Shown here: piece by piece, positions 20,240-30,897 of the stretch | How the letters are laid out: each line of letters starts with the position of its first letter | Numbering within the stretch: the stretch's first letter is position 1 | Assembly: GCF_000738915.1 (NCBI RefSeq) | Contig: NW_026515637.1 | Coordinates: 186,001 to 250,000 of the forward strand | DNA: 64,000 nucleotides | Reading direction: 5' to 3' | Source of the DNA: Nematocida ausubeli | Lineage: Eukaryota | Program-made: the position numbers and the translations under genes | The notes under the pieces: model-generated | Database searches by the model: none | Told to the model about the DNA's origin: nothing | What the model saw: the letters and a program-made list of their open reading frames with translations, nothing else

Positions 20240-22954
20240 CTACTGTGCAGCACGCTGTCTTTTTATCTCAAGTGCACGTATAATGACTGAGTCTGGGACT
20301 TTTGTCATTTTGCAAATATCAATTCCACAGGAGTCCTTGCAGATGCCCATCACTAGATTATACAGATAGAGTATTTCTTGGTGATTTTGCGAATTTATAA
20401 CGTATTTATAGTCCATTTTCATGGTAACATCGCTTGGTTTTATTGCACTAAAGAAGTGCGTCGCATATAATGCAGTGCACCTAAGCTTCTTTAAGTACTC
20501 CTTTACTGCCATAGATATGGCAGATCCCTCCTTAGTCGAAGTGCCTCTTCCTAGCTCGTCTATTATTACAAAAGACTTTTCTGTGGCATTTGCCAGTATA
20601 TTAGCGGTTTCTTTCATTTCTATCTGGAATGTAGACTCGCCCTCCAGAAGATTGTCGCTTGCTCCAATGCGTGTAAACAGTCTATCGTAAACAGGTCCTG
20701 CAAATTGTTCAGCTGGTACTTTGGCACCTATCTGCCTAAGCACAATTGCAGTTGATATGTTCCTTAGGAAGGTGGACTTTCCTGCCATATTTGGTCCTGT
20801 CATGACAACCAACCTGTTCTCTGTGTCTATCTCTATATCATTTGGGATGTGGGTGTGCTCCACGTTAAGAAGACCTTTTATTTGCAGTCTATCCGAAAGA
20901 ACTGGTTTTGCTCCTTTGCAGTATCCAAAGGAAATAAGGCAGTCCAAAGCAGCCACTCCCATGGAAATAGTCTTTAGATTTGCATCATTATCACTAATTC
21001 TTTTTGAGATTCTGGAGACTGACTCTGTTGCCAGGAATGTGATTTTTTCTTCTGCCTCAAGGTATGTTTCAGAGAGTTTTCTGAGTTCTGAGGTTGTGTA
21101 CCTGGCAACGGTTTTTGTTGATCCAGATGGTATGTACTTCTTGCCATCTGCAAGTGAAGAGTCTTGCTTGCTGCACTCTAAATAGTGCTCTCTTCCAATT
21201 CTCTTGACTGTAAATTCTATTTGTGCTGTGTCTGACTCCTTCCTTCCATATATTTGCAGCATATCTAGGACTTTTTGCTTGTACTTTTCTGCTGCTATAA
21301 GCTCTGGGTCTGTGCTTAGTGGCATAATATCACCTGAAATATCAAATCCTTCTGTTATCTTGGATATAACCCCAAATGAACTGATTTTGTCTGCAAGTAG
21401 TTGTATGTGTGTAAGATCAATCTCTTGTGGAGTAAGTCTGGAAATGGCAGAAAGAAGAACTGCATGTATGCAGCCTACCTCCTCCATTGAAGAAGACAGC
21501 CTTCTTATTTCCTCTGGGCGCACTTTGTAGTTCTTTGCTTTTTTGACAAAGTCGTTTATGTCTCCTATTTTTCTCAGATGCGACTCAAGAAGACCTCTTT
21601 CTGGAATATTCTCAAGCATCTCTGCAGTTGCGTATCTTTTCTCTATCTGGCTAATGCAGACCAAAGGCCTTATGATCCACTGCCGAAGAAGCCTTTTCCC
21701 TTGTCTTGTTTTTGTCTGGTCAATTAGCCCAAGCAAAGAGCTTGTGTCTCTTTCTTTTTTGTTTGGCTGCTCCACCAGACAAAGCATTTCAATGGTTCGT
21801 CCATCTACCTGCATGTGGTTTTTCACCTTATCTGTATACTCTACAAGCTGTGCTGAGAATGCGTACTTCAGGTACTTTAGATAGGAGACAAGTATTTCCA
21901 ATGCCTCTTTTTTCTTTCCCTCCAGAGAATGTGCGCCCATGGCTTCAATTGTTGAGGCTACATCTTGTGACCATGTATCCTTTCTTATTGGAATGACTTT
22001 TTCCTTGAGAACAGCTGGGCTATTTGTTATGACCTCCTTAATATTTTCTTTTTTCATTATACTCTTAACCGAAAAAAGCTCTTTGTCGTCCTCAAACTGC
22101 AGAACAAAGAACTCAGACTCCATTGGCCTAAATACTGCTATTGTTATGTCTGCCTTTTCTGTATTTTCTATTTCATGAATGAACAAGCTGCATATTCCTA
22201 TTCCATCTGAGCTTGTGGTTGTGTCTGTTACAACCTCCTTTAGCTCTCTTTCAATGATCTTTTGCCTGGCATCTCCTGACTTCACGCGCATATTCTGCGA
22301 GACACTTGTTTCCTTTTGGTCTACAATTGCCACCTTATATCCCTTGTGTATGAACTTCTCTGTCCACAAATCAAGTGACATTTCTGGCACACCTGTCATC
22401 TTCATTGCGCCTCTTTTTGTTAGTCTAAGGCCAAACAGTTCTGCTGACAGGACTGCATCCTCAGCAAATAGCTCATAGAACTTTCCTTTTTTAAAGAACA
22501 CAATTGTGTCAAAGTACTCCATTTTTATGCGCCAGAACTGCTCTTCGCACGGTGTCATTGCAGACAGGTACTTCTCTGATATATACAGCGTACTTTTGTC
22601 ATATCCTAGGTCTCCTGGCTTTCTTCCAAATTTATCAAAAGGCGGAGAAAGGAATAAGGCATGCGTCTCTGAGTCTACTTCTTCTTCACTCACCACCTCT
22701 ACCATCTCTGCTTTTATTTGCATACTGGCTGTGCTAGGCCTTTTCTGAACCGGAATGTTTTTCTCTTCTACAATAAAACTTTGGTCAGGCTGGCTGCTAC
22801 TTGAGCTTTCAGAAGGCTCTTTTGACTCATTTGTTTGAGAGAAGTCTGACTGGCTGGCCTCTGAGTCTGTGCTGATGGACAGTATCTCTGTGGATGGCTT
22901 TGGTTTTTTTGCAATCCACGATAATATATTGCATTTTCTTATGTGTGTCTGCAT
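20240..22954 (-). CDS. MSH6: DNA mismatch repair protein MSH6
   Basis: YDKSTLYI, TPCEEQFWRIK...FDTIVFFKKGKFYELFAEDA, GVPE, TGPNMAGKST, GESTFQIEM, IIDELGRGTST, YATHF. Confidence 0.93.
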   Translation of the reverse strand: MQTHIRKCNILSWIAKKPKPSTEILSISTDSEASQSDFSQTNESKEPSESSSSSQPDQSFIVEEKNIPVQKRPSTASMQIKAEMVEVVSEEEVDSETHALFLSPPFDKFGRKPGDLGYDKSTLYISEKYLSAMTPCEEQFWRIKMEYFDTIVFFKKGKFYELFAEDAVLSAELFGLRLTKRGAMKMTGVPEMSLDLWTEKFIHKGYKVAIVDQKETSVSQNMRVKSGDARQKIIERELKEVVTDTTTSSDGIGICSLFIHEIENTEKADITIAVFRPMESEFFVLQFEDDKELFSVKSIMKKENIKEVITNSPAVLKEKVIPIRKDTWSQDVASTIEAMGAHSLEGKKKEALEILVSYLKYLKYAFSAQLVEYTDKVKNHMQVDGRTIEMLCLVEQPNKKERDTSSLLGLIDQTKTRQGKRLLRQWIIRPLVCISQIEKRYATAEMLENIPERGLLESHLRKIGDINDFVKKAKNYKVRPEEIRRLSSSMEEVGCIHAVLLSAISRLTPQEIDLTHIQLLADKISSFGVISKITEGFDISGDIMPLSTDPELIAAEKYKQKVLDMLQIYGRKESDTAQIEFTVKRIGREHYLECSKQDSSLADGKKYIPSGSTKTVARYTTSELRKLSETYLEAEEKITFLATESVSRISKRISDNDANLKTISMGVAALDCLISFGYCKGAKPVLSDRLQIKGLLNVEHTHIPNDIEIDTENRLVVMTGPNMAGKSTFLRNISTAIVLRQIGAKVPAEQFAGPVYDRLFTRIGASDNLLEGESTFQIEMKETANILANATEKSFVIIDELGRGTSTKEGSAISMAVKEYLKKLRCTALYATHFFSAIKPSDVTMKMDYKYVINSQNHQEILYLYNLVMGICKDSCGIDICKMTKVPDSVIIRALEIKRQRAAQ

Positions 22955-22991
22955 GCCTCTTCAGTCACAATTTTAGTTTTATAGTTTTCCC

Positions 22992-23010
22992 TTCCCGCGC
23001 CCGCCAATTT
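22992..23010. promoter_or_regulatory. E2F-like element upstream of MSH6
   Basis: TTCCCGCGCCCGCCAATTT, containing TTCCCGCG and (reverse strand) TTGGCGGG, 40-55 nt upstream of the MSH6 ATG in otherwise AT-rich DNA. Confidence 0.45.
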
Positions 23011-23493
23011 ATTTTTACTAAGATTCCATATGATTTAGTATGCCTTCAGATATACACTGTACAAAACTATATATTTCTTACTAGATGCATATCTAAGTAT
23101 ATCTGTGTAAATAGTCTTCTTTTATGAGAAACTTCTTTCTTTCTGCCTACATCATACTATACTACATATTTATTCATTTTATGTAATTCTGCTGCTATGA
23201 CAAAGACACCATGCATATACTATGAAGTATAACATGTGGGTTACTATATACATTCACTTATAGTGTCTATTTTCTGTTTTATATGAAATTTCATACTATT
23301 TAACTGACAGACTGAAATATTTATATATTCTCTTAGGGTGCCTATGTTTTATATTTCTGCTATATTGAAATGTCTTAAAGAGTGATATTTTCTTCTTAGA
23401 ATGCACTTTGAAAATAAAGAGAACAAGATCCTTGGACAAAAAGGATTTAAATATCTTGAATGCAAAGAACCCAATCTATACCTTTAGACTTGT

Positions 23494-25311
23494 TTATTCA
23501 TTGTTGAAGAAGTAGTTTCCACTTTCCTTTTGCTCTCTGTCTTTGGCAGAGTTTGGAGTGTTGATTCTTGGGCGGAAGTTCTCTGCGTCTCTTCTGAATG
23601 TAACATCAAGTGACTTGAGGAACTTGTTCATACTATCGACCACTCCGCACGGCGCAGTTACTGTACACTCTACCCCAGGCACGCCTTCAAAGACCATCAT
23701 TCGGTCTGCAACGTACGTGGCCATAATCATATCGTGCTCGACAATAAATGCAGCTCTCTGCTGGCTGGTGATAAATCGCTTTAGAACCTTTGACACAATA
23801 ATTCTTTGATCAGAGTCTAGATATGCAGATGGCTCATCTATCAGATACAGATCTGCCGGCTTTGATAGACAGAGTGCAATTGCAACCCTCTGCAGTTCTC
23901 CACCACTCAGCTCCTTAACTGTTTTTTCAAAAAGCGACCTTATATCAAGCGGGTTCATTACCTCAATTGTAAACAAAGAGTCCACAAGTGCATGCTTCGC
24001 CTTAGCAAGGAAAAGGTTTCTGACTGTGTCTGCGTACTTTGGAGAAAGCTTCTGCGGCTTGACACTCACTGTTAGCTTTGGAATCTCCTTTCCATTGTCA
24101 GTTGACAGCTCTCCTGAAAGCATTTTAATAAACGTTGTCTTTCCCATTCCATTTTCCCCTAGAAGCACAATAATTTCTGGAGACATGAAAGAGCCTCCTT
24201 GTGCGGTAAGCTTAAATCCATCCTTCCATTTTTTTGTGAGCTCTGGGTATTTTACTGTTCCTATGCTCTGCTGCACTGCATCTGTTACAATGTTCACTGC
24301 ACTCTCAGAGATTCTAAAGTTTAGACTCTCAGCTCGAAACCGCATATTTTCAGTTGGAAGCATTCCATTCAGGAAGATATTAATGGCTTCTCGAATTGAA
24401 AATGGCTGCGAAATCACTCCGTACGCACCAGGTGAGCCGTACAATACGCACCCATAGTCACTCATGAGGTCAAGTATGGATAGGTCATGCTCAACCACAA
24501 TAACGTACTTTCTGTCAGAGCAAAGCTTCTTAATTAGCTTTGCCACTTTTATTCGCTGCCTCACATCCAAGTACGATGATGGCTCATCGAAAATATAAAC
24601 CTCTGCATCTTTTGCCATTGTCTGCGCAATTGCAAATCTCTGCAACTCTCCTCCACTCAGGTCCTCAAGCAGCCTCTCGCTTAGCTTCTCCAGTTCCAGC
24701 TCTTTGTACAGCACCTTAGTCTTCTCGTCTGCAATAGAAAGAACTTCACTGACTTTTTTTCCTTTAAAGCCTTTTGGTATTTTGTCCACATACTGGGTCT
24801 TATATGAGATCTGCATGTTTTCATTCAGAAGGCGTGTAAAGTACTTGTGTAGCTCAGATCCTCTGTACTTAATCAGAAGCTTATTCCAGTCCGGAGTGCT
24901 ATTAAAGTCATTTAAATTTGGTACAGTCTGCCCAGAAAGTACACCAAGTGCTGTACTTTTTCCTATACCGTTAGTTCCTATGAGACCAAGAACTTTGTTT
25001 GGCTTGGGCACTGGCAGACGATGTAGCTTGAATCCATTTGGAGAGTATCTGTGCACCACATCCTTGGACAAGCTAGTTGGCAGGTTAATTATACGAATTG
25101 CATCAAATGGACACTTCTTCTGGCAGGCACCGCATCCAATGCACAGAATCTCTGAAATAACTGCATTAACTGCAGATTTCTCCACTGTAATGCATGGCTT
25201 GCCTTGCCTATTAATAGGACATGCCTTTTTGCATTCCATTTGGCACAATTTGGGTTTGCATTTATCCGGTAAAACAACTGCAAGTCGCGTAAGCTGTGCT
25301 TTGTCTTTCAT
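23494..25311 (-). CDS. RLI1: ABCE1/RLI1 Fe-S ABC ATPase (ribosome recycling)
   Basis: N-terminal Fe-S cysteines (DKCKPKLC..EC...CP, CIGCGACQKKCPF) and two NBDs (GTNGIGKST, GENGMGKTT, LSGGELQR x2). Confidence 0.97.
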   Translation of the reverse strand: MKDKAQLTRLAVVLPDKCKPKLCQMECKKACPINRQGKPCITVEKSAVNAVISEILCIGCGACQKKCPFDAIRIINLPTSLSKDVVHRYSPNGFKLHRLPVPKPNKVLGLIGTNGIGKSTALGVLSGQTVPNLNDFNSTPDWNKLLIKYRGSELHKYFTRLLNENMQISYKTQYVDKIPKGFKGKKVSEVLSIADEKTKVLYKELELEKLSERLLEDLSGGELQRFAIAQTMAKDAEVYIFDEPSSYLDVRQRIKVAKLIKKLCSDRKYVIVVEHDLSILDLMSDYGCVLYGSPGAYGVISQPFSIREAINIFLNGMLPTENMRFRAESLNFRISESAVNIVTDAVQQSIGTVKYPELTKKWKDGFKLTAQGGSFMSPEIIVLLGENGMGKTTFIKMLSGELSTDNGKEIPKLTVSVKPQKLSPKYADTVRNLFLAKAKHALVDSLFTIEVMNPLDIRSLFEKTVKELSGGELQRVAIALCLSKPADLYLIDEPSAYLDSDQRIIVSKVLKRFITSQQRAAFIVEHDMIMATYVADRMMVFEGVPGVECTVTAPCGVVDSMNKFLKSLDVTFRRDAENFRPRINTPNSAKDREQKESGNYFFNNE

Positions 25312-26255
25312 AAAAATAAGAAATGCAAATACATAAATATTTACAGAATACCATGGTAATTATTCAAAAGTGTACCAATAAAACACAGTCTAAGAGTATG
25401 CTTCACCCACCAATATTTCTATACCCAGAATACTTGAATATTCTTTTCAACATATGACTAAAATATGCATATAACTATGACTCTACTAGAACAGACCCTT
25501 GGTACACCCATATTTTAGGAGATAAGATCTTTGATATAAAATCACATCTACAAATATTTATCAAGCCCAAAGTACATCTGATGTAATATTATTGCAAGAG
25601 AGCATTAAAAGAGAACTAGATCCCAGGAAAATATCCCCTCACTACTATGAATACAAAAAGGACTCTTTATTATATACTTATATACTGCATATTCTTTTCA
25701 TCATCCTTGATTAAAGTGTTAATATTCTTAAAGTACACCATCCTAGTCTAGTCCATTAATCTAAAAGTGCTTTGTCTATGGCAGCCAAACATACTCTACA
25801 TTATTTCAGATGTAATGCTTTGCTTTCAAGAAATAAAAGAATATTTTCTGGCTGTACAGAATTTATTAATAAAAGATGGGAACATACAAATAATATAACT
25901 GTATGGTATATAACCCGATATAACCCGAATAAACACATAAATAGTATTATATGTGCACTTAGTTCTGAAATATATTCATTCAAATTATATTCAGGTATAT
26001 ACTATAGTGCATTATTATTTTGTGATGTAACTGCTGAATTTCTTGTACTATAGTATGTCTATATAAGTAATTATATTTTAATATTCTAAATTGTAGTTTT
26101 AAGAAGGCGAATAAGACTACTAGAGCATATGCATGGAGTATGCTAATGTGTTTTAGTGCAATATTCTGTGATGAAAATTACATCTTATTATATCTTAGGA
26201 TATTCATAGAATAGCTAGATATGTGATTACAAATAGTATTTTTTTTTATTAGCAC

Positions 26256-26999
26256 ATGGATAGAATCCAACAAGAAGTGGAAAATGAATACAGCGATATT
26301 CAAAAAGCAAGGTTACTGATAGTGCAGAGTGACTTCGCAAGGGCATCAGAAGTATATTCTGATCTTCTGTCAAAAATGGCAGAGAAAGAGCAAGAAGATA
26401 GTCTTAAGATGTGCTTAGTGTACATAGAGTATGCCAGGTGTCTTTTGCTTTCAAATGACAAGCTAGTGATAAACCCAGAGTTGGAAGAGGACAATAATTA
26501 CTTAGAAGATCTGAGTATAGCCTGGGAGCTTTTGGAAATTGCAAAGAACGTCTTCAAAGCACACAACTTCACAAATGAATTAGTAAAGGCGCACCTGCTC
26601 CTGAGTGATATTTCGCAAGAAACAAACAACTTTACAGAGTCACTTGAAGACCTGGAGGCTGCTTTCTCGCTTATAAAGGAGAAAGACGCAAAGGACAGCC
26701 GGCTGCCTGACATTGCCTTGCGCATTGCATTTGCGTACGAGGCCCTAGAGAACAAAGAGATGGCCATAAAAATGCTGAACAGCATAATTGAAATGCTGGA
26801 CAGTGCAGAGAAAACACAAGAGACCCTGGAGATAATTGAAGAAGTGAAGCAGAAAATAGATGAAGTGCAGCACCCAGAGAAGTACAAGCTAGACATAAAA
26901 CAGATGCAGCCAAAGATAGACAGCTCACAGCCAGTGCAAAAGATAAAGACCACAAAATCAGAGACACATGCACAAAACAGTAGCAAACCATCTGAATAA
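26256..26999 (+). CDS. NASP/Hif1/Sim3-type histone chaperone (SHNi-TPR)
   Basis: EDLSIAWELLEIAK and LSDISQETNNF..SLEDL TPR signature. Confidence 0.8.
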   Translation: MDRIQQEVENEYSDIQKARLLIVQSDFARASEVYSDLLSKMAEKEQEDSLKMCLVYIEYARCLLLSNDKLVINPELEEDNNYLEDLSIAWELLEIAKNVFKAHNFTNELVKAHLLLSDISQETNNFTESLEDLEAAFSLIKEKDAKDSRLPDIALRIAFAYEALENKEMAIKMLNSIIEMLDSAEKTQETLEIIEEVKQKIDEVQHPEKYKLDIKQMQPKIDSSQPVQKIKTTKSETHAQNSSKPSE

Positions 27000-27305
27000 A
27001 AACAACCATAACCCGAAACATTTTAAATCCAGCTTACAGACAGAGCACATGCATGCAGTATAACACAGAGCATGCAAATTCGTGCAAGAATGTTCTTAAA
27101 TGTAATGTTTGCCAGTATTACAGGCATATTCAATGGGTCTTGTCTACTCATGGTGCTGCATTTTAAAATAAAGAATATAGTAGACCATAAGTATGCTTTC
27201 GCATAATAAAACTACAAGTTCTTATTGATGCATTTAAATAAACAGTTATAAGCGTATTCTCATCAGCAGGAGCAGACTATAAGTAGCTTATGCTCTTAAA
27301 TAAAG

Positions 27306-27682
27306 ACAAATTGTTAGTTTTTCTTGTCTTAAGAGAGTGTAACCCTCTATTATTATCAGCAATATATATTGGTGATAGTCATTGCCTTCCGGGTTTTACA
27401 AGAGTATCCATTTGCTTATGCATCTATGACCATGTGATTGAATAAGTAATATATATTGTCATTAGCCTTAAGTTGCCTAATAAGATTATACTTTCATGGG
27501 ACCACTTTAATATTCTTCTTTTGGAGGTCTATGAATAGACAAAGAGAAACGAATAATATCTCGCTAGCTAAGAAAACTAAAGACAAAAATTTATTTAAAA
27601 TTACTACTATATATAGAGCCACTGGCAACAATATCTAAATTAGTATGAGTGAGTTTAAGACTTCGAGGAGAAGAAACTAGCT
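27306..27682 (+). repeat. Dispersed two-block direct repeat, copy 1 (most diverged)
   Basis: Block A (ACAAATTGTTAGTTTTTCTTGTC...TGTAACCCT...GTCATTGCCTTCC..TACAAG) and block B (ATATCTAAATTAGTATGA...TTCGAGGAG) align by eye with copies 2 and 3. Confidence 0.75.
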
Positions 27683-27914
27683 CAGTAATTTTCTCTTTTA
27701 TCTTTCTCTTACAGAAGTATATCTGGCTTTATTCTTTTGGTGTTTTTCACTAAAAAGCAATCCCTGAATAAATAGCTATTTTACTGCATGCTTAAATGGG
27801 CAATGTACTTTACTTTCTTTCTGCATTCACAAATTATCCTTCAGATAGATCTTTTCAGTGAGACATCTTCATTAAATAATTGTGCAGCGATCATTTGCAT
27901 CTGCTTTATATTTC

Positions 27915-29324
27915 TTAGTTGTATTGCGGGGTTTGCACATAAGTTACCTCAGTTACCTCATATGAGAAGTTATTTCTGAATACTATAGCAAGTATAATGG
28001 CTGCTATATAGTTTGCCATGGTCCATGCTGCATATTTAGAATTATCTAGGAATTTTGCTGTTGGAAGTAATTTTATACCGTAGTTAGAATCCTCATTAAT
28101 TCTTTGTAAGATGTATGCATTAGAGTCTATGACTTCTGTTAGTGAAATTAAAATGTATTTTATGTGTTTTATGTGCTTACTAGTCACTGTGGTACTCAGA
28201 ATTGTGCCGTGCATTCTTAAATCTTTTTGGATTCCTTCTTCTAAGGTGTAATATTCATCTCTGAAATTACTGTCTTCCGTGTTTATTATTTCAACATAGT
28301 TTTCCAAGAGCTGCTTAAGCTTATCTTCATGAGACTTTACATTCTCGTAGTTAAATTCGAATGGATTAATGCTAGTGAAGGATTCAGACAAATCATTCAA
28401 ATCGTCTAGAGTAAAGTTTTTTCTTGCCTTTGGTTCTCTTAGATTAAAGCGTACGATCGATTTAAAATTGAATTTCATGGCATCGCATGCAACTACGCCT
28501 AATAACTTAGCCACATACAATGATCTAATGCTATGCTGGAATATATTCCTATTCTTAAGAATATACTTCTTTCTTTCTGCCATATCCATATATGGATTAT
28601 ACTGCTCAAATAAATCCATCTTTTCTTTTGCCTTACTTTCCGGCTTCCAAATATGTTTTAGCTTATACATATTCTTTGCCTCCAGAATTCTGTACATCTT
28701 GAGTGTCTCCATGGCCTTACTGTATCTCTTTAGATTTTTTGTTATGAGATCTTTCGAGAAAGATGCATATACACTTTCAAAGACAGATTTTATCGACTCA
28801 AACTCGAGTTTAAGCTCCTTAGCAGTATTAAGTGTTAAGAAGATCTTTTTTTTTAACTCACTCAAGGAAAGTACGTCTGTTGGGGGCAGCCATAGATCTG
28901 GGTGGTCATGTGCTAGAGAACCCACTATAAAGTCAGCTGTTTCTCTGCTTATGCAATTGAACCCCATAAAAGCAGAGGCAATTTGGGATAAATTATCACA
29001 GCGACTAAAATAGCGCATGAATGGATTTTGCATTTCATTCGGGTTCGGGTTATATACGTGTTTTTGGAGCATTTCATTAAAAAAGGGTCTCTCATCTGTT
29101 GTAGATTCTCTTTCAGGAAAGCAATGTTCCGAGCGTAAATAATGCTTTGCTTTAAAACCAAATTGAATTCCAGAAGAACTATCTTCTTCAGAACTACGAC
29201 TACTTAAACTTTCTGATGAAGAAATACTTTCTGATATTGTGAAAGAGCACATATAAGCTGGCAGTAATACTAAGATAGTTAAAAGTACAATTAGAACGTA
29301 TCTATTCGGGAATATTTCTGGCAT
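27915..29324 (-). CDS. Lineage-specific secreted/surface protein (signal peptide + C-terminal TM)
   Basis: N-terminal YVLIVLLTILVLLPAYMCS, Ser-rich linker, C-terminal WTMANYIAAIILAIVF. Confidence 0.8.
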   Translation of the reverse strand: MPEIFPNRYVLIVLLTILVLLPAYMCSFTISESISSSESLSSRSSEEDSSSGIQFGFKAKHYLRSEHCFPERESTTDERPFFNEMLQKHVYNPNPNEMQNPFMRYFSRCDNLSQIASAFMGFNCISRETADFIVGSLAHDHPDLWLPPTDVLSLSELKKKIFLTLNTAKELKLEFESIKSVFESVYASFSKDLITKNLKRYSKAMETLKMYRILEAKNMYKLKHIWKPESKAKEKMDLFEQYNPYMDMAERKKYILKNRNIFQHSIRSLYVAKLLGVVACDAMKFNFKSIVRFNLREPKARKNFTLDDLNDLSESFTSINPFEFNYENVKSHEDKLKQLLENYVEIINTEDSNFRDEYYTLEEGIQKDLRMHGTILSTTVTSKHIKHIKYILISLTEVIDSNAYILQRINEDSNYGIKLLPTAKFLDNSKYAAWTMANYIAAIILAIVFRNNFSYEVTEVTYVQTPQYN

Positions 29325-29780
29325 AATTTTATTTTTTGAATTTTACTTTATGCAGTCTAAAATGATCTTTCTGTAGTAGATAAAAAAATGACATGTTAAA
29401 TATTCTTATTAGTATACTTAAGAGAAGAATATTTTAGCAAAAAAATATTAGTGTAAAATAGAGGGTGTAATTTTACAGATATTTTATTCGTATATTTATA
29501 TATGTGTGCTGCCTACTAGTTCTTGTTGTATTTGGAGCGTTCTTGGCAATTGGGATGTTTTGATATGTAGATTTGTAGATTTGCCAGAATTATTCAGATT
29601 ATATCAGAGATTTAGTGGATTTCTGTTTGAGAAGTAAGTATTTTATTGCACTTGGTTTTATTTTCTTAAGAGCATGCAGCTCTTTCTCGTATTAGAAGTA
29701 TTTCTGATTTGGGTTATATTTTTTGTGGGTTTTCATTGCTCTATGCACTGCATTCGATAACATCTATTATGTAGTTGGTA

Positions 29781-30093
29781 ACAAACTGTTGGTTTTCCTT
29801 GCCTTGTGAGCATGTAACCCTTTTACTAGTTCTGCAGTGTGGATTCGTGTTGGTCATTGCCTTCCAAGCTTTGACTGTAGTCCAACACGCTACAAGGAGG
29901 TCTACTTACTTACATGTCGAGTTTGTAGTAATAACATGAAGTGTCATATTTAGATTAGCTGTCAAAGCTTATGCGTTTGTGAGTAAAACACTAATTAGCA
30001 ACTGCCACTAGAAACTATAAGTGACTATGAGAAATATGTTATATCTAAGTTTAGTATGACCAAGTCTAATATTTCGAAGAGTAAAATTCAGCT
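29781..30093 (+). repeat. Dispersed two-block direct repeat, copy 2
   Basis: Block A ~29781-29918 and block B ~30012-30093, highly similar to copy 3. Confidence 0.9.
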
Positions 30094-30897
30094 TTAAGCT
30101 TAGATCCAATCACATCAAAAGCATTTCTAGCATGCCTCAGTATACTTCTATGTTTTCTTTTTCTTGAAGGAAGCTTTATGCAGAATAGTACAAGAACTTA
30201 GCTGGAAAATTAGAAGGTTCTCATACTCAGCCTAATAAGCCAATAAATGTGTTCCTCCAATTTTTAGAAAGAGACTTTATTCTTTGTGTATTTAGTTCTT
30301 TCTTACTTTTCTCTCTACTCTGCTAGCTTCCCATATTATATTTATAGCTTAATTCACAAATAAAATGTAAAGTGTCCTGCTATTTTTTTATAAAAATACG
30401 AAATATTCTCACTATTTACTTATGCATTATACACTTTAATACTATTTCTATTTTTCGAGAAGGAGCATGGAAAATACAAAAAAAGACAAAACTCAAAGAC
30501 CCCTTAGTGGAAGAGTGCCACAGCCCTTGAGTTTAGCCATAGGCAATATCTAGTGTTATGTAGCACAAAGAGAACAAAATATAACCCGTATTGGATAAAA
30601 ATAAGTGTTATTGCGGATAGGACACAGTAGTATATAGTATAATGTGGTCTATTTAAAAGAAGGTTACTTAAAAATACTTTATTTTATTTCTACTAGAGTT
30701 TACTAACAGACTCTGTGTTATGCATTGGTGAGAGCATAAATTGCTTGAAGGTTAGTATTGAAGCTTTTAGTTGGATTGGTTATGATCTTGCGTGTAGGTG
30801 CTTTTGGCAGTGTGATAATAAGGATGTACCAGCTTCTAGCGATTTTATTCTAATTACTGCCAACAGCTTTGTTTTTAGCCTTTGTGGAAGACTTTGG

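Noticed and set aside
20421..25336. Numerous plus-strand ORFs within MSH6 and RLI1 (and similar shadows in other genes)
   Set aside because: Antisense shadows of conserved genes with no protein-like motifs
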